From a virus (lineage: Duplodnaviria > Caudoviricetes): DNA of 64,000 bases. A model generated the notes under the pieces. That model saw only the letters and a list, made by a program, of their open reading frames with translations, was not told the origin of the DNA and searched no databases. The DNA is taken from the IMG/VR virus record IMGVR_UViG_3300010356_002264; one strand, given 5' to 3'. Positions 38,333 to 45,944 of this stretch are shown piece after piece; the first letter of the stretch is position 1; every line of letters starts with the position of its first letter. The position numbers were made by a program, and so were the translations under genes.

Positions 38333-38544
38333 GCGCTGGTCGACATGGACCGCGGCGTTCGCCTTCTGGGGTCGTGAGTACGATGGTAGGTGACCTGGTG
38401 AGGCTTCACGTAGTCCCCGACGTCGATCTTCTGGATGACGTCGAGCGCCTGGTTCACGAAGCGGAACATCGCCGCCTCGTCTCCAAGCGCCCTGGAGACT
38501 TCAGTACCGATGCCAAGAAGGTAGCCGTCGAGAGCGTGGTTCAT
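38245..38544 (-). CDS. hypothetical protein, antisense to array
   Basis: MNHALDGYLLG..; high GC3 in first half. Confidence 0.45.
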   Translation of the reverse strand: MNHALDGYLLGIGTEVSRALGDEAAMFRFVNQALDVIQKIDVGDYVKPHQVTYHRTHDPRRRTPRSMSTSACHMIVADVPVEPYLTRTVDRVAPHLRIP

Positions 38545-38554
38545 GACACACCTG

Positions 38555-38628
38555 GGAGGTGTAGCTTAGCTGGTCAAAGCAGTGGGCTCATAACCCGAAG
38601 ATCGAGGGTTCAAGTCCCTCCACCTCCA
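38555..38628 (+). tRNA. tRNA(CAT) with initiator-type anticodon stem
   Basis: GGG-ctCATaa-CCC. Confidence 0.88.
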
Positions 38629-38640
38629 CCTGACGAAACC

Positions 38641-38844
38641 ATGGCACAGCAAAACATCATATACGAGGATCAACTTCCCTGTGTGGGCTGCGGAAGTTCC
38701 GTTCCGGTCAGCCTGACGGTCGAGCTTCTTCACGGGGAGAAGAAGGACGTGGCCGCCAGGATGGGTCGCGAGTGGGAGTTGACGCTAGCTAAGCTAAGCG
38801 AGACGGGCGTACGTTGTGACGACTGCCACTCGCAGGAAGTTTGA
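38641..38844 (+). CDS. small Zn-ribbon protein
   Basis: CVGC..CDDC. Confidence 0.55.
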   Translation: MAQQNIIYEDQLPCVGCGSSVPVSLTVELLHGEKKDVAARMGREWELTLAKLSETGVRCDDCHSQEV

Positions 38845-38862
38845 CTGAAGGTAACTGATCCT

Positions 38863-38935
38863 GCCGTCGAGGCTCATACGGATGGGCGCCTGCTTGGTAA
38901 GCAGGAGGCAGCGAGTTCGAGTCTCGCCGACGGCA
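38863..38935 (+). tRNA. tRNA-Thr(GGT)
   Basis: cctgc-ttGGTaa-gcagg. Confidence 0.9.
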
Positions 38936-38937
38936 CT

Positions 38938-39071
38938 GACTTCGTCCCTCGAGAAGGCCCTACAAGCCGGTTGGTTCAACTCCAACCTCCCCCACTCTAC
39001 GGGGGAGACGCCTCGCGGAGAGGCAGCAGACCGTAAATCTGTCACCAATGGTCTTCCCACTCGACGAAGTT
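38938..39071 (+). ncRNA. permuted tRNA-mimic / Y-RNA-like RNA, copy 2
   Basis: GACTTCGTC/GACGAAGTT; CCTCGAG x CCCACTC; AAGGCC/GGTCTT; T-arm, closed acceptor, D-arm, GCAGA-ccGTAaa-TCTGT. Confidence 0.8.
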
Positions 39072-39075
39072 TCCC

Positions 39076-39150
39076 GCTCCCGTAGCACAACTGGATAGTG
39101 CACAGGTCTACGAAACCTGGTTCATGGGGGTTCGAGTCCCTCCGGGAGCA
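39076..39150 (+). tRNA. tRNA-Arg(ACG)
   Basis: caggt-ctACGaa-acctg. Confidence 0.92.
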
Positions 39151-39152
39151 CT

Positions 39153-39300
39153 AGCTTCACCCCTCGTGTGGGCCACACACGCGACGCTATCCGGGTTCGA
39201 CTCCCGGTCCCTCCTCACTGTGGGGGGATTGCCTAACGGTAAGGCAGCAGATCAACCATCTGTCGAAAGACGCAACACGGCCCACCCACTCGGTGAAGCT
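39153..39300 (+). ncRNA. permuted tRNA-mimic / Y-RNA-like RNA, copy 3
   Basis: AGCTTCACC/GGTGAAGCT; CCTCGTG x CCCACTC; TGGGCC/GGCCCA; same arm order. Confidence 0.8.
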
Positions 39301-39336
39301 CACCTTCTACGAAGTGACTATGAAGTCACATCTGGT

Positions 39337-39753
39337 ATGAAGCGCTGCGCGACATGCCAGACCCACAAACCGCTCGACGAGTTCACTCGGAACAAGACGA
39401 AGAAGGACGGCCGCAACGCCTCCTGTAAGGTCTGCCATCGAGCCTATGTGCGACGGCACTACCAGAAGAACAAGGCTTACTACGTCAGCAAGGCGCGAAA
39501 GTACCAGGCTGGCATCAAACAGATCATCCGAGAGCTAAAGACGGTCCCCTGCGCCGACTGCAAGAGGACATACGACTGGTGGGTGATGGACTTCGACCAT
39601 GCACGCGGCACCAAGAAGTTCACCATATCTCGTATGCAAGGACGTGTCGGTTTACAGAACGCACTCTTCGAGATCGCGAAGTGCGACATCGTCTGCTCCA
39701 ACTGCCACAGGGATCGCACGTACAAGCGGAGGATCGCCTCCAGCACCCCGTAG
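39337..39753 (+). CDS. HNH endonuclease
   Basis: CATC..CKVC; CADC..DFDH..KCDIVCSNCH. Confidence 0.85.
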   Translation: MKRCATCQTHKPLDEFTRNKTKKDGRNASCKVCHRAYVRRHYQKNKAYYVSKARKYQAGIKQIIRELKTVPCADCKRTYDWWVMDFDHARGTKKFTISRMQGRVGLQNALFEIAKCDIVCSNCHRDRTYKRRIASSTP

Positions 39754-39763
39754 CTCTCGTCAA

Positions 39764-39910
39764 GTTCGTTCCGCCCCTCGAGCAGGTCACACAAGCGATT
39801 GCAGGTTCGACTCCTGCCTCCCCGACTTCACCGGGGAGTAGCCAAACGGTAAAGGCACTGGAACAAGGATCCATCAAAAAGCACACGGCCTACCCACTCG
39901 GCGGAACGAC
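39764..39910 (+). ncRNA. permuted tRNA-mimic / Y-RNA-like RNA, copy 4
   Basis: TCGTTCCGCC/GGCGGAACGA; CCTCGAG x CCCACTC; AGGTC/GGCCT; same arm order. Confidence 0.8.
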
Positions 39911-39951
39911 CCTCTCAGCTCCAGGTGCTCACGGAAACAGGAGCGCCTCCC

Positions 39952-40377
39952 ATGCCCCCCCGACCCCCTCAGACCCTCAGCCCATCGCAGGTCACCATGC
40001 TGCGCGCGGCGAGCGCCGGCCGGGGACCGACCGACCACCTGGTGGGTCGAGGGCGCAGCTTCCATGGTGGGGCCGTGGGGACGCGGTTCTCGCTGACGCG
40101 CCGGGGCCTGCTTGACCGGCAGGGGAACATCACCGCGGCCGGCGTGGACCGGCTCAGGGAGCTCGACCTCTGGGCGCTGCGGGCGCGGGTAGCCGGCCTT
40201 GGAGCCGACGACCTCCGCGCGCTGCGCGAGTGCGTCGAGTACGCGCTCCCCCGCTTCCGTGACGCCTACACCGACCACATCCTGGAGGAAGGCGAGGAGG
40301 CCAGGCTGCGTGCCCGTCACGGGCGAGCGGAGCGTCTCCAGGCCATCCTCTTCCCCCCGAACGCTCCCGTAACCTAG
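39952..40377 (+). CDS. hypothetical protein (possible wHTH)
   Basis: ATG 37 nt from motif at 39915; LTRRGLL..ITAAG. Confidence 0.6.
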   Translation: MPPRPPQTLSPSQVTMLRAASAGRGPTDHLVGRGRSFHGGAVGTRFSLTRRGLLDRQGNITAAGVDRLRELDLWALRARVAGLGADDLRALRECVEYALPRFRDAYTDHILEEGEEARLRARHGRAERLQAILFPPNAPVT

Positions 40378-40435
40378 CTGGACAGGGTGCTGGCCTCCGA
40401 AGCCAGATGTGGGGGTTCGAGTCCCTCCGGGAGCA
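40363..40435 (+). tRNA. tRNA-Arg(CCG)
   Basis: ctggc-ctCCGaa-gccag. Confidence 0.92.
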
Positions 40436-40474
40436 CAGCTTGACAAGCCATCACCTGCTTAGATACAAGACGAC

Positions 40475-40930
40475 ATGGGCCGACATCACACGAAGGATAA
40501 GGGTGATGCAGGAGTGGGGTTTGTCATCGCGGACTGTATGCGGCATGGGATCCAGATATGTCTACCGATTAGCGAGCATCTACCGTTCGACTTGATCATG
40601 GTTGACGAGACGGGGAAACTGGCCCGAACTCAGGTTAAGTATCGCGCAGCTAAGGACGGAGTCGTTGAGGTGGGCCTCCGCTCGATATGGAGCGACCGCA
40701 ACGGAGTACATACGAAGACGCCTAGCTACGATCAGTTCGACGCTGTGGCCGTCTTCTGTCCCAACACGACGTGTGTGTACTACGTACTTGCTAGCGAGCT
40801 ATCTGGCATACGAAGCAGCTTCGTTATCCGTCTTTCCCCTTCCGAAGATGGTCAGACCAAGAGAGTAAGGCTGGCCTCGACGTTTACGAATCCATTACGT
40901 GTATTTGCACCCGTCGCCAAATCTGGATAA
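40475..40930 (+). CDS. PD-(D/E)XK endonuclease
   Basis: TKDKGD, PISEHLPFDLI, RTQVK. Confidence 0.85.
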   Translation: MGRHHTKDKGDAGVGFVIADCMRHGIQICLPISEHLPFDLIMVDETGKLARTQVKYRAAKDGVVEVGLRSIWSDRNGVHTKTPSYDQFDAVAVFCPNTTCVYYVLASELSGIRSSFVIRLSPSEDGQTKRVRLASTFTNPLRVFAPVAKSG

Positions 40931-40981
40931 GGCACGAGTCTTCTAAACTCGCATCTGTGGGTTCGATCCCCACCGGGTGCA
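40907..40981 (+). tRNA. tRNA-Arg(TCT)
   Basis: cgagt-ctTCTaa-actcg. Confidence 0.9.
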
Positions 40982-41004
40982 CAACCAGCGGGTAGATCGG
41001 CCCC

Positions 41005-41208
41005 ATGAGCTCATACCTCCGGTACCTGTGCCCCAAGTGCCAGCAGCCCGTCCAGGAGGACGCCGACCACCCCGCGGTGGGGTTCTGCAACACGGACGGC
41101 TGCCAGGTCGGGGCGATCCAGACGCGCTACTGCGCGCTCGTCGACGTCACCGTCGACGGCCTGGTCCTGGAGGTCGTCTCCCCGGCCTCCCACCTGTACA
41201 CGGGATGA
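41005..41208 (+). CDS. small Zn-binding protein
   Basis: CPKC..CNTDGC. Confidence 0.55.
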   Translation: MSSYLRYLCPKCQQPVQEDADHPAVGFCNTDGCQVGAIQTRYCALVDVTVDGLVLEVVSPASHLYTG

Positions 41209-41282
41209 AGAAAATCGACCAGGACGTGCGGATTCTCAGCTCGGGTCGTGCGGGTGGTTCCGACCTTCCTGTGTAAGACGCA

Positions 41283-41427
41283 GGGCTTCGGGAAAAACGG
41301 TGGTGCTCATCGAGCACACGGGACATCGACCCCGAACGAAGTCAGGCAGGCTTCTGTTGCTATGTCGGCAACTTGGCACCACCCGCGACGGGTGGAGGAC
41401 GCGGGTTCAACTCCCGCCAGGGGCCCG
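41283..41427 (+). ncRNA. candidate structured RNA with tmRNA-like 3' end (element C)
   Basis: GGGCTTC/GGGGCCC; GGTGGTGC/GCACCACC; GGAC-GCGGG-TTCAACT-CCCGC; motif promoter at 41236. Confidence 0.5.
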
Positions 41428-41801
41428 ATTGGGTGTAAGTCTGCGCGTGACCCTGACCTGGATGATGACGGTCACTCATCGCCAGGGCAGTGCGCGGTCC
41501 GAAGCCCAGACATCTATGGGGTCAACCCCACCATGCGGCCTGCCTCGTGCGGCCTGTCGGGGAACACCCCACCTTCTATGAGGACCCGTCCCAACGGGAG
41601 ACCTACGGGACACTGCCAAGTGGATTGGTCCTCACCCTCTTGATGAGAACCCTGCCTACCCAGGTGGGGGCGAAACCGGCTCCGTTGTCCGCAATGTAAA
41701 CGACCGAGCAGTTCCGTCTCATCCTCCACACAACTAGAGGGGACGCAGCGACGTCAGACACCGCGCGTCCTCCCGCGGTCGGAGCGTGCTCCGACCGTTC
41801 C

Positions 41802-41874
41802 GTTCCCGTAGCCAAGCGGATAAGGCTCCTGTTTCCTAAACAGGCATTCGCAGGTTCGATTCCTGCCGGGGACA
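41802..41874 (+). tRNA. tRNA-Arg(CCT)
   Basis: cctgt-ttCCTaa-acagg. Confidence 0.92.
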
Positions 41875-42188
41875 CGAAAGGCGAGCCGCGGTGAACCGGC
41901 CCCGTCCGAGCGCGAGTTCACGCGCGAGGGTGGCAAGCTGCGCGGACGCTTGTTTTACGGGCAGGTAGCTCTACATGAGCGGGTGCGTGGGCGGCAAGTC
42001 GCTCGACGCTGGAGCCTCAGTCCAACTCTGAGGTGACTGGTTCACCCCGGTCCCTGCCCCCCGTTTCCACGAACCGAAGGAGCCGACCGTGCGCACATAG
42101 TTGGCTCCGCGAGGTCAGACCCGTGCGTGGGTCTGACCTCGTAGGTACGCCTGCCTGGTAAGTACGCTATGCGAAACTACGTTAGTGT

Positions 42189-42677
42189 ATGCCAGTCAAG
42201 TACACGCGCGAAGCTCTCACCAAGGTCGTAGCCTCCTCCACCAGCATCCTCCAGGTTCTCCGCAAGCTCGGTGTCAGACCAGCAGGCGGAAGCCACTCCT
42301 ACATCACGGGCCTGATCAAGCGGCACGGTCTCGACACGGCCCACTTCACGGGTAAGGGTTCAAACCGAGGCACACACCATGTAGGGGGTCCAGACCGGAT
42401 CCCCTGGCACGAGGTGCTCGTGCTAGATCGCCTCGGAGGTAGGAAGGAGGTCACGTCGCGTCTCCGGCGCGCAATGGTCGAGGCGGGCATCCCCTACGTC
42501 TGCAAGCTGTGCGGCAACCCGCCCGAGTGGTGCGGTAGACCACTCACCTTACAGATCGACCACATGAACGGAGACTTCCTCGACAACCGGAGAGAGAACC
42601 TCCGGTTCACCTGTCCAAACTGTCACTCCCAGACGGACAACTGGGGTAGTAAGAATCGTTATGCTCGGGTGGTGTAA
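42189..42677 (+). CDS. HNH endonuclease
   Basis: CKLCG..LQIDHMNG..DNRRENLRFTCPNCH. Confidence 0.9.
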   Translation: MPVKYTREALTKVVASSTSILQVLRKLGVRPAGGSHSYITGLIKRHGLDTAHFTGKGSNRGTHHVGGPDRIPWHEVLVLDRLGGRKEVTSRLRRAMVEAGIPYVCKLCGNPPEWCGRPLTLQIDHMNGDFLDNRRENLRFTCPNCHSQTDNWGSKNRYARVV

Positions 42678-42745
42678 TGGCAGCCACGTTAGCTTGAGGT
42701 GCTAATGGTCGAAAGACCGTGCGGGTTCGACTCCCGCCCCGAGTA
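42663..42745 (+). tRNA. tRNA-Leu(GAG)
   Basis: ttagc-ttGAGgt-gctaa; long variable arm. Confidence 0.92.
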
Positions 42746-42760
42746 CTCACAGTCCTTCCT

Positions 42761-42846
42761 GCGCAGATGCTGGAACCTTGGTAGACAACACGGCCTCAGA
42801 AACCGTGGCCCTTCGGGGCGTGGGGGTTCGACTCCCCCTCTGCGCA
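42761..42846 (+). tRNA. tRNA-Leu(CAG)
   Basis: loop ctCAGaa. Confidence 0.9.
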
Positions 42847-42851
42847 CTCCT

Positions 42852-42934
42852 GCTCGTGTGGTGGAATGGCAGACACACCAGACTTAGGATCTGGCGGCCT
42901 TCGGGCCGTGAGGGTTCGACTCCCTCCACGAGTA
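42852..42934 (+). tRNA. tRNA-Leu(TAG)
   Basis: ccaga-ctTAGga-tctgg. Confidence 0.92.
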
Positions 42935-42997
42935 CTCTGGTCGACGAGCTACAAGCGGGAACGGCGCCTGACACCCGACGCTCGTCGACCGGTTCAT

Positions 42998-43083
42998 GCC
43001 CAGGTGGTGGAACTTTGGTAGACACACCGGCTCGAGATGCCGGCGCTCGCGAGGGCGTGCAGGTTCGACTCCTGTCCTGGGTA
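42998..43083 (+). tRNA. tRNA-Leu(GAG) variant with C33
   Basis: ccggc-tcGAGat-gccgg. Confidence 0.8.
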
Positions 43084-43131
43084 CCGAGGTACGAAGTATG
43101 GATCACTTATGTCGCCCACGAGCAGACCTGA

Positions 43132-43215
43132 GCTCGGGTGGCGGAACTAGGCAGACGCGCCGTCCTTAAAACTCGGTGCCCACGTGGCGTAGGGGTTCGA
43201 TTCCCCTCCCGAGCA
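43132..43215 (+). tRNA. tRNA-Leu(TAA)
   Basis: ctTAAaa; two mismatches in anticodon stem. Confidence 0.8.
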
Positions 43216-43253
43216 CACCTCTTCATCTCTCGCTCTTCCAGCGCTCAACATAC

Positions 43254-43338
43254 GCCCAGGTGGCGGAACTTCGGCAGACGCGCTCGCCTCAAAACCGAGT
43301 GTCTACGTGACGTGTGGGTTCGACTCCCTCCCTGGGCA
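43254..43338 (+). tRNA. tRNA-Leu(CAA)
   Basis: loop ctCAAaa. Confidence 0.85.
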
Positions 43339-43384
43339 CTTTAACGGTAGACATACCGTATCAACACATCATAGACTCTACCTA

Positions 43385-43891
43385 ATGGGACGACGACGGT
43401 TATGGACCGACGAGCAATTCGTCTCAGCAGCTCGCTCCGGCCACTCCGTGGCCTCTGTCCTACGTACTTTAGGTTTACGTCCCACAGGGGCCAACTACGA
43501 AACAGTACATAAATACCTACATAAATTAGGTTGTGATGTAGCTCATTGGACAGGGCAAGCTCATCTTCGCGGTAAGACCCACTCATGGAAAGCCAAGGAG
43601 CCCCTCGACACGATACTCGTAGACGGAAGATATGTTAATACATCTCACATTAAGAAGAGGATGGTTCGAGAGGGTATTCTCGACGAGAAATGTTACGAGT
43701 GTGGACTGACAGAATGGAGAGGAAAAGCGATCGCACTTCATCTCGAACACAAGAATGGAAAGAAGGACGACAATCGACGGGAGAATTTATGTTTATTGTG
43801 CCCTAACTGCCATTCTCAAACATCTACATACTGTGGACTAAACAAGAAGAACCTGAAAGGAGGCCCTCGATGTCGGAGACACTTGTGTTAA
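43385..43891 (+). CDS. HNH endonuclease, same family as 42189
   Basis: CYECG..LHLEHKNG..DNRRENL.LLCPNCH; low GC. Confidence 0.9.
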   Translation: MGRRRLWTDEQFVSAARSGHSVASVLRTLGLRPTGANYETVHKYLHKLGCDVAHWTGQAHLRGKTHSWKAKEPLDTILVDGRYVNTSHIKKRMVREGILDEKCYECGLTEWRGKAIALHLEHKNGKKDDNRRENLCLLCPNCHSQTSTYCGLNKKNLKGGPRCRRHLC

Positions 43892-44439
43892 GCCCCAGCT
43901 ACGAGTACGTCGGGAGGGTCTCCTGGGACCGCGCCATCACGCTACTCTTCCTGGGGAAGGTCGAGGTACTGGAGGAGTACGAGGATCGGGACATTCGCTC
44001 GGTGACCTTCAGCATCAAGATGCCGTCGGTGATTCGCTTCCTCCAGGCGATCCGCGGGAAGAGGCGCGCGGTGAAGTTCTCGCGAGAGAACATCTACGCC
44101 CGTGACCAGGGCCGGTGCCAGTACTGCTGGCGGAAGGTCACGCGGGACGAGTTCACCTACGACCACGTCAACCCGCGGGCCGCAGGTGGCAAGACCACCT
44201 GGGAGAACGTCGTGGCCTCGTGCATGCAGTGCAACCAGGACAAGAAGAACCGCACGCCGGCCGAGGCCGGGATGCGGCTCCGTACGACCCCAGTGCGGCC
44301 CAAGCGGCTGCCTGATGTCCGCATCACCCTCGTGTGGCGCAAGGGCATGCCGGAGTCGTGGAAGTCGTGGGTGCGCGACTTCATCTACTGGAACGGCGAG
44401 CTCGACAACGACGAGGGGGATGCCCTCGCGGGCGTCTAG
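43870..44439 (+). CDS. HNH endonuclease (HNH_5/McrA-like)
   Basis: FSRENIYARD..CQYC..TYDHV.PR..GG.TTWENVV..C..CN..K. Confidence 0.92.
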   Translation: MSETLVLSPSYEYVGRVSWDRAITLLFLGKVEVLEEYEDRDIRSVTFSIKMPSVIRFLQAIRGKRRAVKFSRENIYARDQGRCQYCWRKVTRDEFTYDHVNPRAAGGKTTWENVVASCMQCNQDKKNRTPAEAGMRLRTTPVRPKRLPDVRITLVWRKGMPESWKSWVRDFIYWNGELDNDEGDALAGV

Positions 44440-44753
44440 TCCCGCAGGACCAGCAGGTCGAACTGCATGAGGGCCTCCCCTTCATGCAGTTCGACTTCCG
44501 TGTAGTTGCCCTCCCGCTCATACCATCCAGATTGTGGGGCGTCCTGCCCCCTTGCGCGGAACGCCGCGTCGATCACCAGACATAAACTCCGGTACTGCTG
44601 GTAGCTCTGTGGGGTGTGCTTGACGCGCACGTCGACGACGTGTCCGTACAGGTCGTTCTGTCGCGCGACGACGGAGGTGACCTCCAGGCCCTTGGAGGAG
44701 GCTTCCGACCGAATGAGGTGCTCAAGATCCGCAGCGGTAAACAGGTTCTTCAT
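44436..44753 (-). CDS. hypothetical protein
   Basis: ATG 37 nt from motif at 44790. Confidence 0.6.
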   Translation of the reverse strand: MKNLFTAADLEHLIRSEASSKGLEVTSVVARQNDLYGHVVDVRVKHTPQSYQQYRSLCLVIDAAFRARGQDAPQSGWYEREGNYTEVELHEGEALMQFDLLVLRD

Positions 44754-44791
44754 GCCTGGTAGTAGATGCGGGCCGTCACTACGGAGCTGAC

Positions 44792-45754
44792 TTAGGAGAG
44801 CACGGAGATGCGGTCGAGTACGCGCTTCTCGTCTCCGAGCTTGACGACCTCGAAGTTGGCCTCCCCGCACCCTGTCATGGCGTCCGCGACCGACCCGAGG
44901 AAGCTGGGGAACACGAACGTGTCCCATCCCCCCAGGGCGAGGCCCGCCTCAAGTCCGACCTGAGTGATGCAGCCCTCGTCGATCCACACGAGGTTGACGC
45001 CGCGCCCCCAGTCGAACGAGTAAGCGCCCAGGAGCAGGAGGTCAACGCCCGACATCCCCTCAGGGATCGGGCTGCCACACGCCTTGAGGACGTCGGTCCA
45101 GCGGACCCCGCGCACCGTGGGGACGCGACCGGACAGGGCCGCCTGGCGGGCGCAGGCCGTCACCGTGGACTCGAAGTCCGCCTCCGAGCACAGCAGGCCG
45201 ATGCGCTTCTCCTTGCGGATCGCGCTGCGCACAGATACCTGCGACCGGCGCGAGCACGCGTTCGGCGACACCCAGCCGCCGGCCGCGACCGCGCCACGGA
45301 CGGCCGACCCGGAAACCCGGAGGGCCGAATGGCTGCCCTCAGGCTCCACGATCACCCACCGGTCTACGAGCCAGGAGAACCCGGTCGTCTCGGTGCGGTA
45401 CCGCTCCTGCTCCCGCCACTCCTCACCGGGGCGAGCCGCCCGAACGACGACGTCACAGCGGTTCCGTACGAGCTCGTGAAGGACCCGCTGACCCTTCGCG
45501 TCGGGTGGGCGCGTCACCTTGACGGGGAGTCCCGACCCCAGGAGGCAGAAGCCGGCGAGGTCACAGCGCTGCTGCTCGGTGAGCGCGTAGGGGCGCGTGG
45601 GGTCGGTCATGATGGACAGCACGACCTCCTCAGCGATGTCGGAGGCTGCACGCACGAGCGCCTCGTGCCCGCGGGTGAAGGGGTCGCAGGAGGCGAACAC
45701 GAGGGCCCGCTTGTAGTTCTTGGGGGCCGTCTTGGTGGAAAGGTCGGTCGTCAT
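44792..45754 (-). CDS. CoaD-like nucleotidyltransferase with C-terminal extension
   Basis: ASCDPFTRGH, VVRAAR, VSGSAVR. Confidence 0.7.
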   Translation of the reverse strand: MTTDLSTKTAPKNYKRALVFASCDPFTRGHEALVRAASDIAEEVVLSIMTDPTRPYALTEQQRCDLAGFCLLGSGLPVKVTRPPDAKGQRVLHELVRNRCDVVVRAARPGEEWREQERYRTETTGFSWLVDRWVIVEPEGSHSALRVSGSAVRGAVAAGGWVSPNACSRRSQVSVRSAIRKEKRIGLLCSEADFESTVTACARQAALSGRVPTVRGVRWTDVLKACGSPIPEGMSGVDLLLLGAYSFDWGRGVNLVWIDEGCITQVGLEAGLALGGWDTFVFPSFLGSVADAMTGCGEANFEVVKLGDEKRVLDRISVLS

Positions 45755-45761
45755 GGAGCAC

Positions 45762-45944
45762 CTACTCGGGAAGGGTGGAGAGCCACTGGTGGAGGGCGGG
45801 GCCGCCTTGGTGCAGGCCGGAGAAGACCCAGACCATGAGCCCGACGAGCAGCGCCCGCAGGGGCTCGACGCCCGCGAAGCTCGCGGCGGCGCTGGCAGAC
45901 CCGAGGATGAGGCCCTCGCGCAAGATGAGTGCAAGGCCCCTCAC
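45762..45944 (-). CDS. small membrane protein
   Basis: Two hydrophobic segments; GTGA coupling to kinase. Confidence 0.5.
   Translation of the reverse strand: MRGLALILREGLILGSASAAASFAGVEPLRALLVGLMVWVFSGLHQGGPALHQWLSTLPE

Noticed and set aside
41243-41740. Canonical or two-piece tmRNA (GGTTCCGAC, GGACGCGGGTTCAACTCCCGCCAG, GGGGGCGAAA)
   Set aside because: No G3:U70 or ACCA; GGGGGCG does not pair with the strand after the T-arm; no Ala-ending tag; CGACCT sits exactly at the -10 position of the promoter motif
29243-43338. Suppressor tRNAs or stop-codon recoding
   Set aside because: No CTA, TTA or TCA anticodon seen; ORFs tile well in code 11 with all three stops
29206-43344. Many short track ORFs overlapping tRNA genes
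   Set aside because: They translate tRNA sequence and show no coding signal
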